DNA of 64,000 nucleotides from an uncultured Gemmatimonadaceae bacterium. Its GTDB lineage: Bacteria; Gemmatimonadota; Gemmatimonadetes; Gemmatimonadales; Gemmatimonadaceae. The DNA lies in the NCBI GenBank assembly GCA_963843845.1, contig CAWJMB010000002.1, positions 800,001 through 864,000 of the forward strand, in the 5' to 3' direction. Both the position numbers and the translations under genes were made by a program. The notes under the pieces were generated by a model. The model was not told the DNA's origin. It searched no databases and saw nothing but the letters and a program-made list of their open reading frames with translations. This document shows, piece by piece, positions 1 to 9,053 of the stretch. Every line of letters starts with the position of its first letter. The stretch's first letter is position 1.

Positions 1-1286
1 CGATCGACGACGGCGCGAGGCGGCTGACCCGCGTGCGGGCGATCGCGCATCCGACCCGATCGCTGACCATCGCGTTCTCGCCCGACGGCGCGACGCTGCT
101 CACGGGCGACGAGGACAGCAGAGTGCGCGTGTTCAGCGTCGACGGGTCGCAGATGCCGCTCGTGCTGCCGCACGGCGACTGGGCGTACACGGCGAAGTTC
201 ACCGCCGACGGACGCGAGATCGTGACCGGGTCGTACGATGGCAAGGTGCGCATCTGGAGCGCCGCCGGATCGGCCGCGTCGGTCATGCGCAGCGAGCATC
301 GGAGACCGGTGCGCGGCATCTCGCTCAGTCGCGACGGCACGCGCCTCGCCACCGCGTCGTCGGACAGCACGGTGCGGCTGTGGCTCGCCGACGGAACGCC
401 GAGGGGGCTCGTCCTGCGGCAGTCGCGTCCCATGCCGATGCGCGCCGTCGCGTTCAGCCCCGACGGCCACCGCCTCGTCACGGCGTCGACCGACGACACG
501 GTGAGGCTCTGGAGCGCCGACCGCGTCGGCGTGCCGGGCACGATCGGCGTGCACGGCGACACCATCTTTCAGGCGGTCTACAGTCCGGACGGTCGCCGCG
601 CGCTCACCGCGTCGCGCGACGGCTTCGCGATCGCGTGGAGCGTCGACGGGCGCGACCCGCCGGACTCGCTGGCGCACGAGGCGCCGGTCCGGAGCGCGGT
701 CTACAGCCCCGACGGCCGCTGGATCGCGACCGCCGCCGACAGCACGGTACGCCTCTGGCGCGCCGACAGCCTCGCCGCGTCGCCGCGCCTGCTCGTCGGC
801 CATCACGGCGAGGTGCGCCGCGTCGCGTTCAGCCCGGCCGGCGACCGGCTCGTCAGCGCCGGCATCGATCAGACGGCGCGCGTGTGGAATGTCACGACGG
901 GGCGGTCGATCGCGACGCTGTTCGGCCACCACAGCATGCTCTGGGACGCGAACTTCAGTCACGACGGGCGGCGCGTCGTCACCGCGTCCGAGGACAGCAC
1001 GGTTCGCATCGCGAACGCCGACGGGTCCGGCACGCCCGTCGTGCTCCGCGGCTTCGCGCACGCGGTCCGCAGCGCCATGTTCAGCGCAGACGATCGTCAC
1101 GTGATCACGACCGCGTTCGACGGCACGCTGCGCTTCACCCTCGTGCGCTGGCCGGATCTGCTCCGCTACTTCGCCGGCGCGACGCAGATGTGCCTCACGA
1201 CTCGCCAACGCATCGATCTGCTCCGGGAAGATTCGACGGTCGCCGTCGCGGAGTTCGCTCGCTGCGAGCGGGAACGACGACGGTGA
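1..1286 (+). CDS. WD40-repeat beta-propeller protein, C-terminal part (5' end lies outside the window)
   Basis: About 9 repeats of H..V..A.FSPDG..LVTAS.D.TVRLW. The frame is open back to position 3. Confidence 0.9.
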   Translation, partial: IDDGARRLTRVRAIAHPTRSLTIAFSPDGATLLTGDEDSRVRVFSVDGSQMPLVLPHGDWAYTAKFTADGREIVTGSYDGKVRIWSAAGSAASVMRSEHRRPVRGISLSRDGTRLATASSDSTVRLWLADGTPRGLVLRQSRPMPMRAVAFSPDGHRLVTASTDDTVRLWSADRVGVPGTIGVHGDTIFQAVYSPDGRRALTASRDGFAIAWSVDGRDPPDSLAHEAPVRSAVYSPDGRWIATAADSTVRLWRADSLAASPRLLVGHHGEVRRVAFSPAGDRLVSAGIDQTARVWNVTTGRSIATLFGHHSMLWDANFSHDGRRVVTASEDSTVRIANADGSGTPVVLRGFAHAVRSAMFSADDRHVITTAFDGTLRFTLVRWPDLLRYFAGATQMCLTTRQRIDLLREDSTVAVAEFARCERERRR

Positions 1287-1348
1287 CCGCGTCGGGCGCC
1301 GTCTCGGCCCCGCCCGTCACACGGTCTGGCGGCGACCTCGGTCGACCG

Positions 1349-3088
1349 CTACCCGACGTGCCTCCGATCCCCCCCGCTCCGCCGTTCGAGCCCCACCCGC
1401 CGCTGCACCCGATCCCGCCGGTCGGTCCGCGCCCCCTCCGTCGTCACCGCCCTGCGCAGCCGCAGCGTGAACGCCGAGCCGCCGCCCGCCCCACTCTCCG
1501 CCGTCAGCTCGCCCCCCATCCCGCGCGCCAGATCGCGGCTGATCGCGAGTCCCAGCCCGGTCCCCTGATACGCCCGCGTGTAGGTCGTCTGGATCTGCAC
1601 GAACGGCTCGAAGATCTCGGCGATCCGGTCGAGCGGGATCCCGATGCCGGTGTCGCGCACGACGATCGTCGCGTCGTCCGGGGAGCCGCCGTCGGCGCTC
1701 AGCTCGAGCGCCACCTCGCCCCCCTCGTTCGTGAACTTGATCGCGTTCGCGAGCAGGTTGAGCAGCACCTGCACCAGCTTCTCGCGGTCTGCCCACACGA
1801 GCACCGGCGGCGCGCCGCCGTCTTCCGGCGACCGCACCACGAAGCGAATGCCCTTCGCCGCGAGCTGCGGCTCGACCATCGGGCGCACGTCGGCGACCAC
1901 GGTCGAGACGCGCACCGGCGTGAGGGTGTACTCGACGCGCCGGCTCTCGAGGCGCGCCAGGTTCAGCACGTCGTTGATGAGGCCGAGGAGATGACGCTGC
2001 GCGCGATTGACGCGGCCTAACGCCTCCTGTTGCGCCGGCGTCACCGGTCCGTGCAGCCCCATCTCGACGAGCTGCAGGTGGCCGGCGATCGCGTTCAGCG
2101 GTGTGCGCAGCTCGTGGCTCATGCGGGCGAGGAACTCGCCTTTCGCACGGTTCGCGTCGTCTGCCTCCTCGCGCGCCTCCCGCGCCTCGTCGTACAGCCG
2201 CGCGCGCTCGAGCGACACGGCGCACTGTTGCACGACGGCGCGCAGAAAGTCGAGGTCGTCCTCGTCGAACGCGCGCGCCGCCGGAAAGCGGAAGGCGATG
2301 ACGCCGAAGCGACGGCCGTCGGCGACGAGCGGGAACACGGACAGGGCCCGCGCGCCGATCGCGGCCCACAGCGGTGCGGCGTCCGGGTAGGACTCGGCCA
2401 TCGCGACAGGAGAGGTGAGGAGCACCGGCCTGCCGTGGCGCATCACGTCGGTGAGCGGCGTCGCCTGCGCGAGCCCCAGGCGCCCGTACGTCGCACGCAC
2501 CACGTCGGAGAGCTCCTCGTCGCCGACGAGCCGGAGTGCGTCGCCGTCGGGCGCGAGCACGGCGACCATCGTCGACCCCGCCCCCACGACCGGCGCCGCG
2601 TACTCGGCGACCGCACGGGCGACGGCGTCGCCGGTGAGGGCGCTCGCGAGCGCCGACGAGATCGCGAGCAACCCGCGCGTCCGCTCGATCGCCGTGTGAC
2701 GTGCGGTCACGTCTTCGACCGTCCCGACGATCTGGATCGGGGCCCCGGCGGCATCGTTCACGATCGCGGAGCGGCCGTGAATCCAGTGCAGATCGCCGTC
2801 CGGGAGCACGACGCGGAACTCGTGGTCGTACTCGCGCGCGTCCGCGTTCGCCCCCGCCCAGCCTCGGCGGAGGGCGTCGCGGTCGGCGGGGAAGACATGG
2901 GCGACCCACCGGAAATCGAGCAGGTCCGGCGCACTCGCGGCGAAGATCGCCTGCAGCCGCGGATTCACGTACGTCACGCGCCCGTCGAGATTCGCGTGAA
3001 AGATCCCGACGGGCGAGGCGCGGCTCACCGCCTCGAACCGGTCGAGGGCGAGCGAGCGAGCGGCAGACGAGACCAGCGGAGCAGACAT
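1349..3088 (-). CDS. PAS/PAC-GAF sensor histidine kinase
   Basis: PAS (GIFHANLDGRVTYVN...WIHGRS), a GAF region, H-box MSHELRTPLNAI, N-box NLLANAIKFT, and G-boxes DTGIGI / GTGLGLAIS. ATG at 3088 chosen because the longer ORF overlaps the TBDR. Confidence 0.9.
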   Translation of the reverse strand: MSAPLVSSAARSLALDRFEAVSRASPVGIFHANLDGRVTYVNPRLQAIFAASAPDLLDFRWVAHVFPADRDALRRGWAGANADAREYDHEFRVVLPDGDLHWIHGRSAIVNDAAGAPIQIVGTVEDVTARHTAIERTRGLLAISSALASALTGDAVARAVAEYAAPVVGAGSTMVAVLAPDGDALRLVGDEELSDVVRATYGRLGLAQATPLTDVMRHGRPVLLTSPVAMAESYPDAAPLWAAIGARALSVFPLVADGRRFGVIAFRFPAARAFDEDDLDFLRAVVQQCAVSLERARLYDEAREAREEADDANRAKGEFLARMSHELRTPLNAIAGHLQLVEMGLHGPVTPAQQEALGRVNRAQRHLLGLINDVLNLARLESRRVEYTLTPVRVSTVVADVRPMVEPQLAAKGIRFVVRSPEDGGAPPVLVWADREKLVQVLLNLLANAIKFTNEGGEVALELSADGGSPDDATIVVRDTGIGIPLDRIAEIFEPFVQIQTTYTRAYQGTGLGLAISRDLARGMGGELTAESGAGGGSAFTLRLRRAVTTEGARTDRRDRVQRRVGLERRSGGDRRHVG

Positions 3089-3198
3089 GATGCCACACCG
3101 GTCAAGTTCTTTGCCAGCCCCGTGCGTGCGCCTCAGGAACCCGCGCCGACATGCGGTCTCCCCTCCGCCGGCGACGTCGAGCGGCCCGACGAACGCGG

Positions 3199-5778
3199 TT
3201 AGAACGTCGCGCGCACGCCGACCGTGATCGTGCGGCCGGGAAGGATCGTCGCGTTGTCCGGCTCGCCGCGCTGCCGGTCGAGCAGGTTGTCGCCGCGCAG
3301 CACGACGCCGAGCCCGCGCGTGACGTCGCGGCCGAGCGTCGCGTGCAGGTGCGTGATGCCCGGGTAGGTGCGCCAGAACGCGCGCAGCGGTGCGCCGACG
3401 AGGTCGCGCGACTCGCGCGACGTGCTCGCGAAGGCCTGGGCGAGCGCCACGCGGTCGTAGTTCGTCCAGTCGGTGGCGCGGGTCGCGCCGACCCCTGCGG
3501 TCCAGCCGGCGTCGCGCCACGACACGTCGCCGCCCCACGTGCGCGCGGGCACCTCGAGCATCCGGTCGCCCGGCCGCAGATCTCCGGTGTATCCGAACGC
3601 CAGCCGCCGCACCCGGCTGTCGACGCGAGTGAACGTGCCGGCCACGGTGAACGGCCCGCCGCGCCACGACGCCGCCAGCTCGACCCCACGGTTCGTGATC
3701 TCGCCGACGTTCTGGAGCTCGTACGCGAGGCGGCGCTGCTGCGGACCGCTCTGCCCCGGCTGGCCTGGTTGTCCCTGCTGTGATCCGCCGGTTCCCCCGC
3801 CTCGGCCGGGGTCGAACGGCGACAGGACGGCGACCTGCTGGATGAGCCCCGACGCGCGCTGACCGAACGCCGTGGCTTGCAGAACGACGTGCGGGCCGAC
3901 GAACAGGTCGGCGCCCGTCTCGAGCCCGTGCTGCGCCTCCGGCGCGAGGTCGGGGACGCGCGACCCGACCCCCGCGCCGCGCCACGTCGTCGCGCGCGAC
4001 GCCGTCCGGGCCGGCCGCAGCCCACGTCCGTACGCCGACCGTAGCTTCAGCGTGACCGCGTCGTGCGATCGAACGAACGAGACCCCGAACAGCGGCAGCG
4101 CCGCGTACCGGCTCGCCGACGCGTAGCCGTCGTTCCGCTCGCCGCGCACGCCGCCGGTCACGAACAGCGCGTCACGCCACGCGACCGTCGCCTGCGTCGA
4201 CACCCCGAGCGTGTTCAGCCAGAGCGGGTCGGTCGTGCCGACGGCCGTCGTCGACGTGCCGGGGCCGCCGGCGGCGCGCGACACACTCGCCGCGGTCGCC
4301 TCACGCAGCAGCGACCAGTCGCCGCCGACCGTCACCGTCGCCGACCACGGTCCGTCGCCGGTCAGTCGTGCGACACTGCTCGCCTTGAGCGTGCCGCGAT
4401 CCGCTCCACCGCGCGCTGCGAGCAGCGCCGAGTCGACGGAGGAAGGAACGGCGACCGCGTCGACCGCGAGGCCGGTGAGGCGATAGCCGTTCACCCCCGC
4501 GGTGACGACGTGCGACCACCGGCTGCCGACGTCGCGCATCGCGGTGCCCCCGACCGTGTACTGCCAGACCGACTGGTCCGGGAGTGCGCGCTGCGCCGCC
4601 GCGAGGCCGCTCCCGGTGATCGACGTCGTCAGCGCCCGCACGAGCACCGGATTCGGCGTCGTGTTCGACGTCGCGCCGTCGAGATACGCGGTGCCGTTGA
4701 CCGCCCAGCGCGACCCGACGTGCCGCCCGTACGCGTTCGCGAGGAGGCGTCGCACCGCGGCGCCGGGCACATAGGCGCCGATCGTGCTCGCTGCGACCGT
4801 CGCGCCGCCGGCGACCGCGCCGCTCCCCATCCGGACGGCCACGCCATGATCCTGCGCGAGCGCGGGGTTCTCGGCGAAGGCGCTCCCCACTGCGCCGACG
4901 CCGCTCCGTACGGTGAGCTGCCGCCCCCCTTCCGCGGCGCCGTCGTGCCGGGTGACGATGTTGACGACGCCGCTGATCGCGTCCGCGCCGTAGAACGCGG
5001 CGCCCTGCGGTCCGCGGATCACTTCGATGCGCTCGATCGTCTCCGGGGCGAGTGCGGTCACCAGCAGGGGGTTCGCCGTCTCGATGCCATCCACGTAGAC
5101 CTTCGGCGCGCTGAGGCCGAACGAGCTGGCGCCGCGGATGCTGCCGTAGCGCGCGAGCAGCGTCGCCGGCGACTGCGCCCACAGCCAGATCCCCGGCACC
5201 GTGCCGCTGATCGTCCCGGCGAGCGACGAGGCGCCGCGATCCGCGAGCGGCCGCACGACGTCGAGCGCGAACGGCAGCGCCCGCTCGGAGCTCCCCCCGG
5301 CGCTCCCGGTGACGACGACCTGATCGAGCACCGCGATCCGCGTTACCGGCGCGATCGTCGTCGCGGCCGCCGTCGGCCGTGGCGCCGGCGCGAGCACCAC
5401 CTGGTCCGAGCCGACGACCACCGGCCGCACGGACGCGTTCCCCAGCGCTGCGACGAGCGCGTCGCCGAACGCCGCGCCGTCGGCAGCGACGTCGACGCTC
5501 TGGTCCATCGGCAGCGATTCGGCGCTGTACGACAGCCGCACGCGCGCGGCGGCGGCGAGCCGGTCGAGCGCGGTCCGCAGCGCGACGCCGGTCAGCCGCA
5601 GCGTCACGCGTCGATCGAGTGGTGCCGGCCAGTCACGCGCGTCACGCGCGTCACGCGCGTCACGCGCGACGTTCGCGGCGGGCGTCGCCTGCGCGTCGCC
5701 ACGAGTCGACGCGCCTGCCAGCGCCGCGCCGACGAGGGGGCCGAGCGTGAGAAGGCGTCGAGCGCGGGCGCTAGTCAC
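3199..5778 (-). CDS. TonB-dependent outer-membrane receptor with N-terminal signalling (STN-like) extension
   Basis: Signal peptide; STN-like LRTALDRLAAAARVRLSYS; TonB-box-like LDQVVVTGS; plug IERIEVIRGPQGAAFYGADAISGVVNIVT; C-terminal PGRTITVGVRATF. Confidence 0.9.
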   Translation of the reverse strand: MTSARARRLLTLGPLVGAALAGASTRGDAQATPAANVARDARDARDARDWPAPLDRRVTLRLTGVALRTALDRLAAAARVRLSYSAESLPMDQSVDVAADGAAFGDALVAALGNASVRPVVVGSDQVVLAPAPRPTAAATTIAPVTRIAVLDQVVVTGSAGGSSERALPFALDVVRPLADRGASSLAGTISGTVPGIWLWAQSPATLLARYGSIRGASSFGLSAPKVYVDGIETANPLLVTALAPETIERIEVIRGPQGAAFYGADAISGVVNIVTRHDGAAEGGRQLTVRSGVGAVGSAFAENPALAQDHGVAVRMGSGAVAGGATVAASTIGAYVPGAAVRRLLANAYGRHVGSRWAVNGTAYLDGATSNTTPNPVLVRALTTSITGSGLAAAQRALPDQSVWQYTVGGTAMRDVGSRWSHVVTAGVNGYRLTGLAVDAVAVPSSVDSALLAARGGADRGTLKASSVARLTGDGPWSATVTVGGDWSLLREATAASVSRAAGGPGTSTTAVGTTDPLWLNTLGVSTQATVAWRDALFVTGGVRGERNDGYASASRYAALPLFGVSFVRSHDAVTLKLRSAYGRGLRPARTASRATTWRGAGVGSRVPDLAPEAQHGLETGADLFVGPHVVLQATAFGQRASGLIQQVAVLSPFDPGRGGGTGGSQQGQPGQPGQSGPQQRRLAYELQNVGEITNRGVELAASWRGGPFTVAGTFTRVDSRVRRLAFGYTGDLRPGDRMLEVPARTWGGDVSWRDAGWTAGVGATRATDWTNYDRVALAQAFASTSRESRDLVGAPLRAFWRTYPGITHLHATLGRDVTRGLGVVLRGDNLLDRQRGEPDNATILPGRTITVGVRATF
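5632..5667. repeat. 9-bp tandem repeat GTCACGCGC x4 (encodes ARD repeats in the TBDR N-terminus)
   Basis: Read directly from the sequence. Confidence 0.9.
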
Positions 5779-5806
5779 CGAACGTCATGCGCCGCTCACC
5801 GTGCGG

Positions 5807-7045
5807 TCATGGCGGCTGGTGCGCGAGCACCGTGTCGCCCCGCTGCTCGATCGTCGCCCCGAGCGCGAGCGACACGACGCGCAGCGCCTCGGCGGCGGAC
5901 TCGCCGGCGAACGTCGCGGTGAGCGTCCGAGCCGCGAGCGCCGGATCGGCGCGCAGCTCGATGCCGTACCAGCGGCGGAGCCCCGCGGCGACGTCGCCGA
6001 TCGAGGCGTCCTGGAACACGAGTCGCCCCTGCGTCCACCCCGTCGCCTCGTCGGTGGCGTCGAGACGCGTCGCCGCGAGCATCGCGTGCCCGTCGACTAC
6101 GGCGCCACGATCCCCGGCGTGCATCACGACACTGTCGCCGGTCGCGGACGACGCTGGGCGGACGATGACGGTTCCTTCGGTCACGGCGACCGAGACGCGA
6201 CCCTCGCCGCCGGCGCGCACGACGAACGCGGTGCCGACGTCCTCGATGGTCGCGGCGCCGGCACGCACGACGAACGGGCGCTCCGCATCGTGCGTGACCT
6301 GGAACGACGCCTCTCCCTGCAGCGCGACCTCGCGCCGCCCGTCGCCGTACCCTGCGACCACGTCGAGCGTCGAGCCGGGGCCGAGGACGATCCGCGTGCC
6401 GTCGGCGAGCTGCACCGAGTCGCGCTGACCGACGGCCGTGGCGAAGTGCTGCGCCGGCGCGCCGCGATCGAGCGCCTGCGTCAGCGCATACGTCCCCCCG
6501 GCGACGACGGCGATCGCCGCGGCGATCCGCCACGCCGTTCGACGCGTCGGCGCCGCGCGCACCGGCGCCTTCGTGCGGACCGGTCGGAACGGCACCGCGC
6601 GCGCGTCGTCGGCAGCGGCACCCCTCGCTGCCGCTCCGGTCGCGGTCGGAGCGTCCGGCCGCACGAGAGTGAGCGTCGGTGCGGCCGTGGCGGGCGGTTC
6701 GGCGGCGAGCGGCGTGGCGAGCGGCGTCGGGATGGCGAGCGTCGTCGGCGCCGCGGTCGGCGTCGCGCTCGACATCGATCCCTCCGCCGCCAGCTGCGCG
6801 CGGACGCGTTGCAGCGCGCGCTCCACGTCGACGTCGCTCGACGGCGTGAACGCGAGGTGGTCGAGCCCGCGGTCGAGCTCGAGGATCGCTCTCCCCTCGT
6901 CGCGGTCGGCGGCGAGCCAGGCGGTCGTCGTCGCGAGATCGTCGGCCGTCGCTTCGCCGGCGAGTTGACGCGCGAGCGCTTCCCACCGCGGATCGGGAGG
7001 GGGCGCGTCGTCGTGGGCGTCGTCCGTCGGTGATTCGTGGCTCAT
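5807..7045 (-). CDS. fecR: FecR-family anti-sigma / transmembrane signal transducer
   Basis: N-terminal LARQLAGEAT, one TM helix, and FecR motifs TAVGQRDSVQLADGTRIVL, LQGEASFQVTHD..RPFVV, DVGTAFVV, WTQGRLVF. Lies between an ECF sigma and a TBDR. Confidence 0.9.
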   Translation of the reverse strand: MSHESPTDDAHDDAPPPDPRWEALARQLAGEATADDLATTTAWLAADRDEGRAILELDRGLDHLAFTPSSDVDVERALQRVRAQLAAEGSMSSATPTAAPTTLAIPTPLATPLAAEPPATAAPTLTLVRPDAPTATGAAARGAAADDARAVPFRPVRTKAPVRAAPTRRTAWRIAAAIAVVAGGTYALTQALDRGAPAQHFATAVGQRDSVQLADGTRIVLGPGSTLDVVAGYGDGRREVALQGEASFQVTHDAERPFVVRAGAATIEDVGTAFVVRAGGEGRVSVAVTEGTVIVRPASSATGDSVVMHAGDRGAVVDGHAMLAATRLDATDEATGWTQGRLVFQDASIGDVAAGLRRWYGIELRADPALAARTLTATFAGESAAEALRVVSLALGATIEQRGDTVLAHQPP

Positions 7046-7055
7046 GACCCTTGTT

Positions 7056-7081
7056 GACACGCCGGCCCTCGGCTACCCCTA
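7056..7081 (-). promoter_or_regulatory. Putative ECF-sigma promoter TAGGGGT-N13-CGTGTC for the fecR-TBDR operon
   Basis: Ends 10 nt upstream of the fecR ATG. The same bipartite motif and spacing recur at 7897-7922. Confidence 0.6.
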
Positions 7082-7158
7082 TCCCGTCCCACGCTCGCTA
7101 CCCGAATGCCCTCGGTCAAGCCGGGCGGCGCTCGTCGCCCGATCTCCGCACCGCTTCC

Positions 7159-7734
7159 GTGATCGACCGAGCCGCCTCCGCCGAGCGCGCCGACGAAGAA
7201 CGCCACCTGTTCGCCCGCCTCGGCGCCGGCGACGAGGGTGCGTTCGACGTGCTGTTCCGCGCCTGGTACGCTCCGCTCGTTCGTGTCGCCGAGGGCGTCG
7301 TGCGCGAGCGCGCGATCGCCGAGGAGGTCGTCCAGGACGTGCTGCTCGAAGTCTGGCGCCGCCGCGAGCAGCTCGGTGACGAGGAGAGTCCGCGCGCCTA
7401 CCTCATCCGCGCGACGCGGAACCGCGCGCTGAACCACATCCGGCACCTGCGCGTGCAGGACCGCAGCACGCCGTACGTCGCCACACGCACCGAAGTCGCC
7501 GCGGAAGGGTCGGCTCGTGTCGTCGAGTCGGAGCTGGACGATGCCATCCGCGATGCGGTCGCCGAGCTGCCGCCACGCTGCCGCGAGGTGTTCGAGCTGA
7601 GCCGCGTCCACAATCTGTCGTACGCGGAGATCGCGACATCGCTCTCGATCTCGGTCAAGACGGTCGAGGCGCAGATGGGGAAGGCGCTCCGCCTCATGCG
7701 CGAGCGATTGTCACCGTGGCTGAGGCCGATGTAG
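7159..7734 (+). CDS. ECF-type RNA polymerase sigma-70 factor (FecI-like)
   Basis: Region 2 AEEVVQDVLLEVW...YLIRATRNRALN and region 4 LPPRCREVFELSR..LSYAEIA..L.IS.KTVE. GTG start inferred. Confidence 0.92.
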   Translation: MIDRAASAERADEERHLFARLGAGDEGAFDVLFRAWYAPLVRVAEGVVRERAIAEEVVQDVLLEVWRRREQLGDEESPRAYLIRATRNRALNHIRHLRVQDRSTPYVATRTEVAAEGSARVVESELDDAIRDAVAELPPRCREVFELSRVHNLSYAEIATSLSISVKTVEAQMGKALRLMRERLSPWLRPM

Positions 7735-7896
7735 CTGATCGGCCCGCTCCGCCGTTCCTCGCGCGTCGTGAGTCACGCCGCATCGCCGCCGCCAGACTGC
7801 GGTTCCGCCGCAGCGCCACAGTTGGCCGTGAAGCGGAGCGGTGAGGGCGGACGAGGACGGGCGACGGTCGGCTCCGTGCAGTGCAGAACGCCGTCG

Positions 7897-7922
7897 TAGG
7901 GGTTCGGCCCGCGACGCGTGTT
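7897..7922 (+). promoter_or_regulatory. Putative ECF-sigma promoter TAGGGGT-N13-CGTGTT for the lipoprotein gene
   Basis: Second copy of the motif found upstream of fecR. Confidence 0.6.
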
Positions 7923-8001
7923 CGCTGAGCACGGGCCGGTCCACCCGTCGCGACATCGGGGCGAGCGACTCGGGCCGGCGCACTCACACGGAGAACACAC
8001 C

Positions 8002-9033
8002 ATGAACGCAGCTGTGCATCGCACCACCTCACGTCTGCTGCTCGGCGCCGCCGTCCTCGGCGCGGCGGCCTGTCAGGAGTCGACCGCGCCGGCCGGCCTG
8101 GCCGCGTCCGACCTGCTCGCGAACGCGCTCACGACCGTCTCTCCCGGCATCAGCGAGCTGTCGACGAGCTTCGCGTCGAGCGCGACCGGCGCGGCGTGGA
8201 TTCCGGGACCCGGCGGTCCGGGCCGGAACGGTCTCGGGATGGGAAACCTCCTCGGCGGCGGGCTCGGCGACGACTTCTCGGCGAACGCGTCGTTCGGCGG
8301 GCGCGGGGGGCACGACCGCGGCGGCGCGTTCGGACTCGTCGCGAGCTGCACGGGCGGCACGTACGCGGCCGCGACCGGCCGCATCACCTGCCCGACCGAG
8401 ACGCGGAACGGCCTCACGATCACTCGCTCGATCGCCTACACGACGACGGCAGGCGCCGCTCAGCCCGCGTACGACTCGGCCACCACGAACACGGTGAACG
8501 AGCAGCGCAGCGTCACCGGCACGACGACCTTCACGGCGGACTCCGGACGCGGGCGCGACGGGCGCGGCCACGGCCCAGGCTTCTTCGGACTCGGCCGAGG
8601 CGCCGACTCGTCGCGCATCATGGTGACGAGCGCGACGACCACGGTCTCGCACGCGAGCAGTCGCACGGTCGCCGGACTCGCGACGGGCTCGACGCAGCGC
8701 ACGGTCGACGCGACCGCCGCCGGCACCGAGTCGACGACGGGCACCAGCTCGGCCGGCGCGTTCACGGCGCGGCGCGTCACCGGCGACACCACGCGCGGGC
8801 TCGTCACCCCCGTCGCGACGGCGGCGACCCCGCGTCCGTATCCCACCGCCGGCACCGTCATCCGCGCGGTCAGCGCGACGACGACGATCGCCGGCGGGGC
8901 CGCGCAGACGACGACGCGCCGTGAGGTCGTGACCTACAACGGCACCGCGACCGCGACGATCGTGATCACGCAGGACGGCACGACCAAGAACTGCACGATC
9001 GCACTGCCGGGGCGGCGGCCGACCTGCCCGTAA
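8002..9033 (+). CDS. Thr/Gly-rich lipoprotein of unknown function
   Basis: GGAG RBS before the ATG, lipobox LGAAAC, beta-strand-like Thr-rich segments and paired Cys residues. Confidence 0.8.
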   Translation: MNAAVHRTTSRLLLGAAVLGAAACQESTAPAGLAASDLLANALTTVSPGISELSTSFASSATGAAWIPGPGGPGRNGLGMGNLLGGGLGDDFSANASFGGRGGHDRGGAFGLVASCTGGTYAAATGRITCPTETRNGLTITRSIAYTTTAGAAQPAYDSATTNTVNEQRSVTGTTTFTADSGRGRDGRGHGPGFFGLGRGADSSRIMVTSATTTVSHASSRTVAGLATGSTQRTVDATAAGTESTTGTSSAGAFTARRVTGDTTRGLVTPVATAATPRPYPTAGTVIRAVSATTTIAGGAAQTTTRREVVTYNGTATATIVITQDGTTKNCTIALPGRRPTCP

Positions 9034-9053
9034 GCGCTCGGTAGATTGAGCGC

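Noticed and set aside
3100..3120. Sigma54-like TGGCAAAGAACTTGA upstream of the first kinase (and CGTACGGCTCTTGCA near 38247-38262)
   Set aside because: Each lacks one invariant dinucleotide (-12 GC or -24 GG); too weak to call.
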